Shown: positions 41,844-50,912, counted from the first letter of the stretch. The stretch: 53,593 bases of DNA from Acidobacteria bacterium RIFCSPLOWO2_02_FULL_61_28 (GCA_001767035.1 MEKR01000130.1:1-53593), one strand, 5' to 3'. Numbers and translations are program-made. The notes: generated from the sequence alone by a model not told the origin.

Positions 41844-44800
41844 TAAAACAAGACTTTCAGGGCCAACTGGATTTGCCGCGAGGTCGTCGCCGTGCCGGTG
41901 ATTCTTCCGGCCGTTGCCAGCGGGGCTTCCCCGTCGCGTTGCGCCGAGTAGACATTCGTGCTGGGGATGGCAAAGTTCACGCGGTTCGGCAGATTGAAGA
42001 ACTCCGCGCGGAACTCGAGCTTTCCGCTCTCGCCCAGGAAGCGCAGCGCCGTATCTTTCGCCACGGAGAAATCCAGGTTGGCAAATCCTGGACCGCGCAA
42101 AATGCCGCGACCCGCGTTCCCCAGAAATCCTGCCGGCTGAATGGCGAACGCCGCCGGATCGAAGTAGCGATTCGGGCCGCCCAGTATAACTTTGTCATGG
42201 TTGTATCCCGCCGCCAGATCCGGACGGTTCTCGCCGCCGAACTTGCGGGCGCGGTCGCTGGCAATGGTGGGGCTGAACGGATACCCGCCCTGCAGCGAGA
42301 GGATGCCGCTCATCCACCAGCCATTCACAACCTTTCCCAGGACTCCTCCGGAGGAAACCAGTTGCGGGAAGCGGTAAATCGTGTTGAGACGCCAGCTATG
42401 AGTAATGTCAAACGCCGCCGGTCCCCGGTCGAACTGCCGGTGGGTGGAAGTTACCGGCGAGCCGCCCCGCTCCGCGGGCAACTGGCCCTGCGTTTCGTCA
42501 ATCAGCTTCGACCAGGTGTAGGAGCTTTGGAATTGCAACCCCCGGCTCAAGCGTTTCTGCAACACGAATTGTAACGAGTTATAGAAGGAGTTTCCTCCCG
42601 CCGTGACGAGCGTGATATTCCCCCAGTTGGGATTGGTCCGCGCGGGTCGCTGCCCGGTGGGGACGGCGGGCCAGAACAGCCTCCCGTCGGGAAGCACCTG
42701 CGGGACCGTCGGGTTTCCTTCCTTGACCTGCAACAGGTTGATGCCGCGCGAACCGGCGTAGGCCAGCGTGACCGCCATGTTGAACGGCAACTGGCGCTCG
42801 ACCGTGAGGTTGTATTGCAGCATGTGGGGCTGCTGCATCAAGTAGTCAATCACGCGAATCTCTCTTCCGGCGGACTCCGGCGGGAAGGTGAGGGGAATCC
42901 CCGGCAGCAGGAATGCCGTGGGGTTCTGCACCTGGCTGCTGGAGGAGAATGGCGGCATGGCGATCGTCCCTTGCACGAACGCGCTGCCCAGGTTCCCGAT
43001 GTCATAGAGCAGCCCAAAGCCGCCCCGGACGGCGGTCTTCCCGTTGCCTCTCACGTCCCAGGCAAAGCCGACTCGCGGACTCCAGTTCCGGGTCGTGGGG
43101 TTGGTCGGAAACATGGGACCCCGCGTGGTGTTGGAGTCGTGCTGGATGTCGCGCAGCGCCGCGTTGAGCCCGCGAACTTCCACCGGGATGGTGAGAAATT
43201 CATACCGCAAACCGAGATTCAACGTGAGGCCGGAATTCACCCGCAGGTCGTCCTGGAGATAAAAACCGGCGCTGGTCGAGAAGAAGGTGCGATCCAGGAT
43301 CGAACCCGGCGTAATGGCGTTGTAACTGGTCACGCGGCCCTGCAAGAACGAGGCCAGGTTGGGGAACGTGACGCTGCCCCGGTTGCCGGTGCCCGATTGG
43401 GTGTACTGCTGGAAGCGGTTGATCAGCGTTCCGAACTTCAGGGAGTGCCGGCCCCGCGTGTAAAAAACGTCATCGCTCCAGGTGAAGAGATTCTGCTTCT
43501 TGACGCTGGGCGTGTTGCCCTCCGGCCCGATCCCGGCGAGTCCCCCGATGCTGATGCCTCCAAGCTCCTTGCCCGGCACGAACGAATACTGGGGACCGCT
43601 CAGCCCGGAAGGGGAATCATTGTTCACCCTCGTCCGGACGTAGGAAAACCGGAAGGTGTTCAGCATGGTGGGAGAAAAGACGTGGTTCTCCGACAAGTTC
43701 GCGTACTGTCCGCGGCTGGTCAGGACGCTCCTGAACTGCGGGAAGGCGAGCGGGGACAAGCGGTCCGCATCGTGCGCGGTGTAGCGCACAAAGAAGCTGT
43801 CGTTGCCGGAAAGGGTCTGGTCCACGCGGACCTGCCCGAAGTCTTCGCGGGTCGGCTGACTCGCCGGGAGGGTGAACTGGTTGTTGGGCAGGTTGGGATC
43901 GGGATAGAGCGCCAGCCAGGGCGCGATCAGCGGCGCAATCGTTACCGACGTCACCGTCCCCGCCGGCGGATTCAGTTGCGGACAGGCCGTGCTGGTGATT
44001 GTCGCGCCGGCTGGCCCGCGGCACGAGGCGGACATCACGTTGGCGACGGAGGTCACCCCCAAGCGGTCCCGCAGCCCTTCGTACACCAGATGGTAGAAGG
44101 TCTTGTCTTTCCGGACCGGCCCGCCGACCGAGGCCCCGAAGCTGTTTCGCTTAAAGGGAGGCAAGCGGAAATCCGGCGGCGTCGAAGCGGACTTGAGGTC
44201 GAAGAAGTTCCGGGCGTCGAGCGCGCTGTTGCGCAGGTACTCAAACAGGGAACCGTGCAGATTGTTGGTCCCGTTCTTGCTCACGACCACCATCTGGCTG
44301 CCCATGGTGAGGCCGTACTCGGCGCTGAACGAGTTGGTGATGATCCGATACTCCCGGATCCCTTCCACGCCCAGCGTCGAGCCGGTGGCGGAGGACGAAG
44401 TCGCGCCCGAGAAATCCCGGATGGGCGCTCCGTCCAGCAGATAGTTGTTGGAGCGCAGCGGCGCCCCATTGCTGCTGTACCAGGTTCCGACCGTGGAGGT
44501 CGAACGGCTCATGTTTCGGTGTTGCTGGATGCCCGGCTGGAGCAGGGTCAGGTCCACGTAGTTGCGGCCGTTGAGCGGCAGATCGGCGATCCGCTGCTCA
44601 TCCACCAGGCCCCCTAACGACCCGCTGGTCGTGTTCACCAGCGGAGCCTCGGCGGTGACGGCAACGGTTTGCTCCACCGCGCCCACCTGGAGCGTAAAGT
44701 TCACGACGGCTTCCTGGGCCACCGCGAGCGTCAGCCCGCTGCGCACTTCCGACTGGAACCCCGGATGCTCCACGCGGACCTCGTAGCTCCCGACCGGCAA

Positions 44801-45046
44801 CCCCGCAAAGCGATAGGAGCCGTCGGCCCCCGCCACGGTCTTGCGAGTCTGCCCCGTCTCGACATTCCGGGCCGTCAAATTGACCTCGGGCATCACGGCC
44901 CCGCTGGGGTCCCGGACAACGCCCAGAATCGTGGCGGTGGGCAACTGCGCCCAGGCCTGCCCCGGACCAGTGAACAAACCGAACACAACGACAACCGGAA
45001 TCATCCGCTTCAGAGGAATCATCCGCTTCAGAAAGGATCGTCGCAT
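41843..45046 (-). CDS. TonB-dependent outer-membrane receptor with carboxypeptidase-regulatory-like N-terminal domain (full length)
   Basis: Signal peptide ..GPGQAWAQ. LPTATILGVVRDPSGAVMPEVNLTARN. Plug ..LPLNGRNYVDLTLLQPGI.. C-terminal ..SRQIQLALKVLF. The start was moved to ATG 45046 because GGGAG lies 8-12 nt upstream of it. Confidence 0.92.
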   Translation of the reverse strand: MRRSFLKRMIPLKRMIPVVVVFGLFTGPGQAWAQLPTATILGVVRDPSGAVMPEVNLTARNVETGQTRKTVAGADGSYRFAGLPVGSYEVRVEHPGFQSEVRSGLTLAVAQEAVVNFTLQVGAVEQTVAVTAEAPLVNTTSGSLGGLVDEQRIADLPLNGRNYVDLTLLQPGIQQHRNMSRSTSTVGTWYSSNGAPLRSNNYLLDGAPIRDFSGATSSSATGSTLGVEGIREYRIITNSFSAEYGLTMGSQMVVVSKNGTNNLHGSLFEYLRNSALDARNFFDLKSASTPPDFRLPPFKRNSFGASVGGPVRKDKTFYHLVYEGLRDRLGVTSVANVMSASCRGPAGATITSTACPQLNPPAGTVTSVTIAPLIAPWLALYPDPNLPNNQFTLPASQPTREDFGQVRVDQTLSGNDSFFVRYTAHDADRLSPLAFPQFRSVLTSRGQYANLSENHVFSPTMLNTFRFSYVRTRVNNDSPSGLSGPQYSFVPGKELGGISIGGLAGIGPEGNTPSVKKQNLFTWSDDVFYTRGRHSLKFGTLINRFQQYTQSGTGNRGSVTFPNLASFLQGRVTSYNAITPGSILDRTFFSTSAGFYLQDDLRVNSGLTLNLGLRYEFLTIPVEVRGLNAALRDIQHDSNTTRGPMFPTNPTTRNWSPRVGFAWDVRGNGKTAVRGGFGLLYDIGNLGSAFVQGTIAMPPFSSSSQVQNPTAFLLPGIPLTFPPESAGREIRVIDYLMQQPHMLQYNLTVERQLPFNMAVTLAYAGSRGINLLQVKEGNPTVPQVLPDGRLFWPAVPTGQRPARTNPNWGNITLVTAGGNSFYNSLQFVLQKRLSRGLQFQSSYTWSKLIDETQGQLPAERGGSPVTSTHRQFDRGPAAFDITHSWRLNTIYRFPQLVSSGGVLGKVVNGWWMSGILSLQGGYPFSPTIASDRARKFGGENRPDLAAGYNHDKVILGGPNRYFDPAAFAIQPAGFLGNAGRGILRGPGFANLDFSVAKDTALRFLGESGKLEFRAEFFNLPNRVNFAIPSTNVYSAQRDGEAPLATAGRITGTATTSRQIQLALKVLF

Positions 45047-45486
45047 GGTCAAAGCTCCCATTCCCCGCCTGTTTTATTTTGATTGTGCCGACCCCGCTGT
45101 CCCTTCCTATCCGGAAAACACTGGCAACGGGACCCTTATCCTCCCAATGGAAATGCAGGGAGCCGCTTTCTGTTGCAGCACGAATTCCCGCTGGGGCTCC
45201 CAACGGCCCACACTATACACCCAGGGAGGGGTTCCCGCGCACAATTTTTCTTTGGCTGCATCCGCAATCTGAATCTGCTCACCAGGAAGCTCCTCGATAG
45301 GATGGCGCAGGAACCGTTGGAGCCTTTCTCCCGTTGCTATAGATCGTCCGGGAAAAGCCCCGGAGGGGCGTTAGACTCTGGCCCACGGCGCAAGCCGTGG
45401 GAAGGGGCGACAGACATCAACCCCTCGGGCGCACTACACACCAATTGTGAAAATGGTGTAGGTGCTCTACAGCGATTGAAAAGATA

Positions 45487-45563
45487 TGGCGCGCCTGAGA
45501 GGATTCGAACCTCCGACCTTTGGTTCCGGAGACCAACGCTCTATCCAACTGAGCTACAGGCGC
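45487..45563 (-). tRNA. tRNA-Arg (anticodon CCG), CCA encoded
   Basis: Minus strand reads GCGCCTG-TA-GCTC-AGTTGGATA-GAGC-G-TTGGT-CTCCGGA-ACCAA-AGGTC-GGAGG-TTCGAAT-CCTCT-CAGGCGC-G-CCA. Canonical cloverleaf of 77 nt. Confidence 0.95.
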
Positions 45564-45821
45564 GTGCTCTTATTCTAAACAACTCCGGCAATTCTGTCAT
45601 CCTGGTTTCCCGCCCCTCGTTTCCTGCAACCGGACGGAGGCAACCCAGAATCCGCGAACCGATCTCCAGTTCTTCGATGGAATAGCCGGAGCGCTGGCCG
45701 AGATCGTCAGCGCGTAAGGGCCGCCCCCAACGTATTGCTCCCCGTTGCCTCGTTGCAGGCCGCTCTGAATCAAGGGCGTTCCAGCGCGCGCAGGTCGTGG
45801 AGAGAAACCGGCTGGAGCAAT

Positions 45822-48518
45822 TCAAATTCTTTCTGCCAACTCTCGCGCTTCGGTTACAACCTTGTAATCAACTCCTAACGCATCCTTGAAGTGGCGCTCA
45901 CCGCAATGAATCTTGCGCCGTTCGTCCGGGCGAAGGTCGGTCTTCCAATCCTTTCCTTTTGTTTCGCGAACCAGATAAAGCAAAGGCTTGCCCGTAGGCT
46001 CCCCATATTCGTCTCGGTCTTCCATAACGATGGCCCAGTCCGGGTTGTACTCCCCAACGGGCGTTGGCACGACGAACCAGCGCGGAAGTTTCAGATACAA
46101 TCTGACTGCGCCCATCTTATCGAGTCCATTCACGAATTCGCGCTCGATCTCCGATTCGTAAACCACATGGTCATATACCGAGTGATCCGCCGGAACCATA
46201 TAGTCCATCCAGCTTTCGATTTCCGCATCTAGCTGCACCATTTCATACCACTCGTTGATTTTCTCGTACTGAATACCGCTGACCAAGTGCTCAGCGAGCT
46301 TATCCTTTATGACACGCACAGCCACGGTCGCAAATTCGCTTGGATTGTGGGTCGCGGCAATTCTGTTCTTGCTGCGCCGGAACACCTCCAACAGCGTTGT
46401 CCGCGTCAGTCGGACTGGCGGTGACGTATGTTCCATGAGGTGTGCCATCATTTCGACCAGGTTCGGCAAAGGGTAGCGCCCGGCGAGGTCTAAAACAGTT
46501 TTCGCCCCGCTCATTGGCAGCGCTTCGAACGTATCTTCCCGGCGAACCTTTAATTCCACCTTCATGATAGTGATTCGTGGGTGGCGGATTTCTTCGCGGT
46601 CGAGTTCTTCGACAACGTCAGCAAGCAGCTTTTCTGTATCGATTTTCACTGCATAGCGCGTCTTGTGCTTGATACGTTCCCACAATTCCTTGAACTCCGG
46701 CTTAAGGACATATTCCTTCCGCAGCTTGGCCACACCTCTTTGCCTGGCGTTCGCAGGCTTGGGGGGCAGACCCTCTTTGCCGTAATCTTCCTCGATCTCT
46801 GCCTGCAACCGCTCAACGTATTGCTCGTAACTTTGATTCGCCACCACGGTAAGAACGTTGACCTTCTCCTCTCGGACGCGCTCGCCTTGCTGGTCCACGG
46901 CTAGACGCATCCCTCGGCCAATCTCCTGCCGTTTTTTCATTTCGGAAGCGGTCTGATTGAGCGTGCAGATTTGAAAGACGTTGGGGTTATCCCATCCCTC
47001 CCGCAAGGCCGAATGTGAAAAAATGAACGCCCTCGGCTCGTCGAACGAAAGCAGGCGCTCTTTGTCTCTCATAATCAAGTCGTAGGCCGCTTCATCCTCT
47101 GCGGATTTCCCGGAAGTCGAATCCCTGACCTCCATGATTCCACCCCTGTGACGCTTCTCGGCGAAGTAAGCAGCCTGAACCTGCTCCGGGTCCACGTCTT
47201 TCCATCCGGCATGTTTTTTCTTGGCGGCGTTGAATGTTTTCGCGAAAAGAAGCCGGATGATTCCGTCCGCCCGACTGTAGTTGTCCACCCGGTCAATAAA
47301 AAAGAGGGAGAGCACTTTGATCTCGCTATCTTTCAGCCGCTCTTGTTTCCGAAAGTGCTCTTCGATGGTGTACTGTATCTGCGCCTCAAAGATGGCTTCC
47401 TTATCAGCCCCGGAGGATTCCCCGACCTTCAACTCCACCCCGTTGGCAAAGCGGATATAACCGCCTCCATAACTGATTTCTTCAACCTCAAAGCCCGCAT
47501 ATTCCTTTCGCTCCGTCTTTTCCTCCAGAGAATCGTCCCGCCGGATCGTGACAATCTTCTCCTTGATCGTTCCGTCTTTCATTAGCTTATGGACAGCGAC
47601 CCGTGCGGTCAGGGTCTTCTTTTCGGCTTTGATGTCATCTAACCGTAGAAAAACCTGATTGACATCGTCTGCTTTCACTACGGATGCGACCTCGATTCGC
47701 TTGACCAAGCCCTGCCGGTAGGCTTCGAAGGGGGTCAGCCGATACACAAGGTTGTAGGGGTTTCTGTGGGTCGCGCTGTAACGCAGAGCCAACAAGGGAT
47801 CGAGCGCGGAAAGCGCTTTCACCCGCAGCTCGCTTTCCATGTTTTGTGGCTCATCGAGGATGAGTACCGGCCGCGCCGCCTGGACAAGATGAATCGGGGT
47901 TTCGCCTTGAAGCCGATCCGTCGTCTGGCGGATCACGTTCGATGCCTTATTGAAGGAATCAATCGTCATCACCATCATCTCGATGCTGTCGGAGAGCGCG
48001 AACTGCCGCACCTGGGAGAGATTCTCCGAGTCATAGACGTAGTAGCGATATGGCACATTGTCGTAAAGCTCGCGTAGGTGGGTTTCGGTTATTTTCAGAG
48101 TCTTGAGCACGCCTTCGCGTATCGCCACGGAAGGAACCACGATAATGAATTTGCGCAGCCCGTAGCGGCGATATAGTTCAAGCGCCGTCCGCAGGTACAC
48201 GTAAGTCTTTCCTGTCCCGGTCTCCATTTCGACAGAGAAATTTGGGAAACGAGCGGTTTTAGTTCCCGATGTCGTTTCAATTACTTCCTCGATGCAAGCC
48301 AGCGTGTCATCGGGCGGCGCGATTCCGCTCTTTGCTTGAACGGCTTGCAGATTTTTGAGGAGATCGGCTTCTTCCAGATCGAGCCGATTGGCCACTGCTG
48401 CAAACCCAAGGCGAAAGGTCAGGTCCGCCTCGATGCGTGGCTGTCCTTCGAACAGGTCTGCGACCGCCTCGATTGCGTGGATTTGGTATTCCTGTTTTCC
48501 GTCAAATCGGAATTGCAT
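45822..48518 (-). CDS. res: Type III restriction enzyme Res subunit (SF2 helicase plus C-terminal PD-(D/E)xK nuclease)
   Basis: MQFRFDGKQEYQIHAIEAVADLFEGQ.. ..METGTGKTYVY.. (Walker A). ..ILDEPQNM.. (DEPQ box). C-terminal ..YNPDWAIV..LYLVRETKG.. Confidence 0.92.
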   Translation of the reverse strand: MQFRFDGKQEYQIHAIEAVADLFEGQPRIEADLTFRLGFAAVANRLDLEEADLLKNLQAVQAKSGIAPPDDTLACIEEVIETTSGTKTARFPNFSVEMETGTGKTYVYLRTALELYRRYGLRKFIIVVPSVAIREGVLKTLKITETHLRELYDNVPYRYYVYDSENLSQVRQFALSDSIEMMVMTIDSFNKASNVIRQTTDRLQGETPIHLVQAARPVLILDEPQNMESELRVKALSALDPLLALRYSATHRNPYNLVYRLTPFEAYRQGLVKRIEVASVVKADDVNQVFLRLDDIKAEKKTLTARVAVHKLMKDGTIKEKIVTIRRDDSLEEKTERKEYAGFEVEEISYGGGYIRFANGVELKVGESSGADKEAIFEAQIQYTIEEHFRKQERLKDSEIKVLSLFFIDRVDNYSRADGIIRLLFAKTFNAAKKKHAGWKDVDPEQVQAAYFAEKRHRGGIMEVRDSTSGKSAEDEAAYDLIMRDKERLLSFDEPRAFIFSHSALREGWDNPNVFQICTLNQTASEMKKRQEIGRGMRLAVDQQGERVREEKVNVLTVVANQSYEQYVERLQAEIEEDYGKEGLPPKPANARQRGVAKLRKEYVLKPEFKELWERIKHKTRYAVKIDTEKLLADVVEELDREEIRHPRITIMKVELKVRREDTFEALPMSGAKTVLDLAGRYPLPNLVEMMAHLMEHTSPPVRLTRTTLLEVFRRSKNRIAATHNPSEFATVAVRVIKDKLAEHLVSGIQYEKINEWYEMVQLDAEIESWMDYMVPADHSVYDHVVYESEIEREFVNGLDKMGAVRLYLKLPRWFVVPTPVGEYNPDWAIVMEDRDEYGEPTGKPLLYLVRETKGKDWKTDLRPDERRKIHCGERHFKDALGVDYKVVTEARELAERI

Positions 48519-48527
48519 TGGAACCGC

Positions 48528-50468
48528 TCAAATCGTTTTAAGTCGGCATTGCAGGGCCAGATTCGCGGCACCTTCATCGTCCAGGGCTTTGTCCCGACAA
48601 ATGAATATATCATCCTTCCCGAGATTGAGTGCTTTGAGTGTGGCGGGCTTGAGCGTGTCGTCCAGGCAGAGGCGGAAGCCCTGGGCTTTGTCTGGATCGG
48701 TCACGCGGTAAACTGCGTTGCCCTTGACCCCTGGGACTGGTTCGATGCGTGAGTTCAGCCCATAACCTTCCTTGATTGCTACTTCCCAGATGACGTTCTC
48801 CGGCTTCCATCCCGGAACGAGCGGGTCCGTGTAAAGATCCATCGTCTTGGCGTATTGATTAGAATCCTTGTCTTCGACACCGGCCCACGGCTTGTAGTTC
48901 GATTCGGCAAGCTTAAACACCTTGAATCCCAAATCTTCACCGGTATCACGGGTCTTGATGTCAAGCTTGCTGGCACTTTCTTTCTTCATCTTCTGAATCA
49001 CGCGGCGAATTCGCTCCTTGCCGACCTCGGCAATCGTCTTGAAACCCTGCTTTCTTGCTTCGGAACCTTCAGGGGTCGGTTCAGGAAGCTGCACACAGAC
49101 GAAGCGACGATTCCCACCATCCTCGCAGTTAAGTTCTAACGCCGCATGAGCGCTTGTACAAGACCCCGCGTAGAAATCCACTACCAGAGCATCGAGATCG
49201 TTGCACAGTTCGAGTTGAGTCTTGATTAGTGCGACAGGCTTTGGAGACTGGAATACCCTACCAGGAATCAATTCGTCGAGAGCTTCCTGGCCTTTCTCGG
49301 TGTGATACTCCTTATCTGTCCAAATGGTCTTCAGTTTCTTCCGTGGGGTGTCTCCGTTCTCACCGATGGCGTAAGCCTTTCGGTACACTTTCCACTTTCC
49401 CCCAATCGCTTTGCCAATGAGAAGTTGGCGTTCTCGGCTGGCCTTTTCTCTTCCCCAGGACCAACACCCTTCAAATCCATCATCCCAGATGGGCAGCACG
49501 TCAATGAATCCCTTCTCCGGGTGAAGAAAGACCTCTCCGTTCGTCGGATTTATATAAAGGGAATAGTAGAGTTTGGGCCGATTGAAACGACCGAATTGCC
49601 TGTGAGTATTGCGAAGCTCGAGCAAGCGATGTCGACCATTCTCATCGCTTTCCTGATACTGCGCGTCAACTTCGTCAGGAGTCTTTGAAATCGAAAGTTC
49701 AGTTTCCAACGCATTGCGCGTGTAAACGAGCAGATAATCGTGGCTTCTTGCGAAATGTTCCCCAAGCACCCGTCCCTTAGGATTTGATAGAACTGTCACT
49801 TGTGCAACAAAGTTTTCCTCCCCAAATACCTCATTCATGAGCAAACGTAGGTTGTGAACCTCATGATCATCGATGCTGACAAAAATCACTCCGTCATCGG
49901 AGAGAAACTGCCGGGCCACAAACAGGCGAGGGTAAAGCATGGACAGCCAAGCGGAGTGGTAGCGCCCGCTGGATTCGGGATTGCTTGTGAGGAGATTACC
50001 CCCGTTGTCTTTTTGCCCCGTCAAGCGAAGATAGGTGTCCAGCGGGTCGGCGAAGTTATCGGGATAAATGAAATCGTTGCCGGTGTTATAAGGCGGGTCA
50101 ATGTAAATCATCTTGACCCGGCCAAAGTAGGACTTGTAGAGGAGTTTAAGCACCTCCAGATTGTCGCCCTCGATAAAAAGATTATTGGTCTGGTCAAAAT
50201 TGACCGACTCGCTGGCACAAGGAATGAGCGTGGCGCGGCTGGGCACCTGCAATAGACGAAGTGCATCGCGCTTTCCCGCCCAGGTGAACGAGTAACGTTC
50301 CGGGCGGGAGTCTACCTCTTCGCCTAGCGTAGCGCGCAGCTTGTCGAAGTCAATCCGGCCTTCGGTGAAACATTCTGGGAAAATTTCCAGCAAATGAGCC
50401 ATGCTCTCTTCCGTCAGATCGGCAGAAGTCCGCATTACGGGTTCGCCTCGCTGCATTTTCTTGCTCAT
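48528..50468 (-). CDS. mod: Type III RM Mod subunit (N6-adenine DNA methyltransferase)
   Basis: ..MIYIDPPYNTGNDFIY.. catalytic motif. ..VVDFYAGSCTSAHA.. AdoMet motif. Lies 9 nt upstream of res. The start was chosen at ATG 50468 (purine-rich RBS) instead of the maximal ORF at 50612. Confidence 0.9.
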   Translation of the reverse strand: MSKKMQRGEPVMRTSADLTEESMAHLLEIFPECFTEGRIDFDKLRATLGEEVDSRPERYSFTWAGKRDALRLLQVPSRATLIPCASESVNFDQTNNLFIEGDNLEVLKLLYKSYFGRVKMIYIDPPYNTGNDFIYPDNFADPLDTYLRLTGQKDNGGNLLTSNPESSGRYHSAWLSMLYPRLFVARQFLSDDGVIFVSIDDHEVHNLRLLMNEVFGEENFVAQVTVLSNPKGRVLGEHFARSHDYLLVYTRNALETELSISKTPDEVDAQYQESDENGRHRLLELRNTHRQFGRFNRPKLYYSLYINPTNGEVFLHPEKGFIDVLPIWDDGFEGCWSWGREKASRERQLLIGKAIGGKWKVYRKAYAIGENGDTPRKKLKTIWTDKEYHTEKGQEALDELIPGRVFQSPKPVALIKTQLELCNDLDALVVDFYAGSCTSAHAALELNCEDGGNRRFVCVQLPEPTPEGSEARKQGFKTIAEVGKERIRRVIQKMKKESASKLDIKTRDTGEDLGFKVFKLAESNYKPWAGVEDKDSNQYAKTMDLYTDPLVPGWKPENVIWEVAIKEGYGLNSRIEPVPGVKGNAVYRVTDPDKAQGFRLCLDDTLKPATLKALNLGKDDIFICRDKALDDEGAANLALQCRLKTI

Positions 50469-50679
50469 ACTGTCTCTTCCCAAATCAGTTCCGTCATGGC
50501 TGAGAAACCCGACCGCTCCCTTGACGAATCGGAAATGACGACCGGAAGAATTATAGTCGTCTCCGGGCCGGGGGGAAAGACCTCTGCCGAGGGAACCAAC
50601 GAAACGGAGCAAATATGCCCACAGGAGGCCTATTACTTCTGGGTCTCATTGCCGAATAGCGGAGTGTGGCATTCTTGCG

Positions 50680-50908
50680 ACAGAGGCAGCAGAGGGAACA
50701 GGGATTAGGGAATCGGGAACAGAAAATAGGGAGTGGGGAAATGTCAAGAAATGCCTTCCGAGGATTCCGAGAGAACCGAGGGAACCGAGACTTCCGAAAG
50801 AACCGAGCCCTCCGAGCGAACCGCGAGAACCGAAAAAGGGGGAGTAGGGAGTAGGGAGTGAGGGGGGAAGTGCAGGTCCTTCTCCCGGCACGCCGGGATC
50901 AGGATGAC
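50680..50908. repeat. Composite intergenic repeat: GGGAAYA words, GAACCGAG words, GGGAGTA words and hairpin module M (50867-50908, minus orientation)
   Basis: AGGGAACAGGGATTAGGGAATCGGGAACAG; GAGAACCGAGGGAACCGAGACTTCCGAAAGAACCGAGCCCTCCGAGCGAACCGCGAGAACCG; GGGGGAGTAGGGAGTAGGGAGTGAGGGGGG; GAAGTGCAGGTCCTTCTCCCGGCACGCCGGGATCAGGATGAC. Confidence 0.8.
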
Positions 50909-50912
50909 CACA

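Noticed and set aside
45047-45486. 440-nt leader upstream of the TonB receptor, examined for a cobalamin or other riboswitch (GGGAATTCGTGC.., ..GTTGCCAGTG).
   Set aside because: I could see only fragmentary resemblance to the B12-box/GCCACTG elements and no convincing conserved helices. Part of the region is MITE- or REP-derived. A covariance-model scan would be needed.
45487-45563. tRNA-Arg as the attachment site of a classical integrative island carrying the Type III RM genes.
   Set aside because: The RM genes lie on the 5' side of the tRNA. There is no integrase or excisionase gene, and I could not find a direct repeat of the tRNA 3' end in the window.
45541-45825. 94-aa ORF downstream of res with an XRE/HTH-like stretch (..LRADDLGQRSGYSIEELEIGSRI..), which could be an RM controller protein.
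   Set aside because: It starts at a TTG overlapping the res stop, runs 23 nt into the tRNA-Arg gene, and has only loose HTH resemblance. Controller proteins normally precede the nuclease gene rather than follow it.
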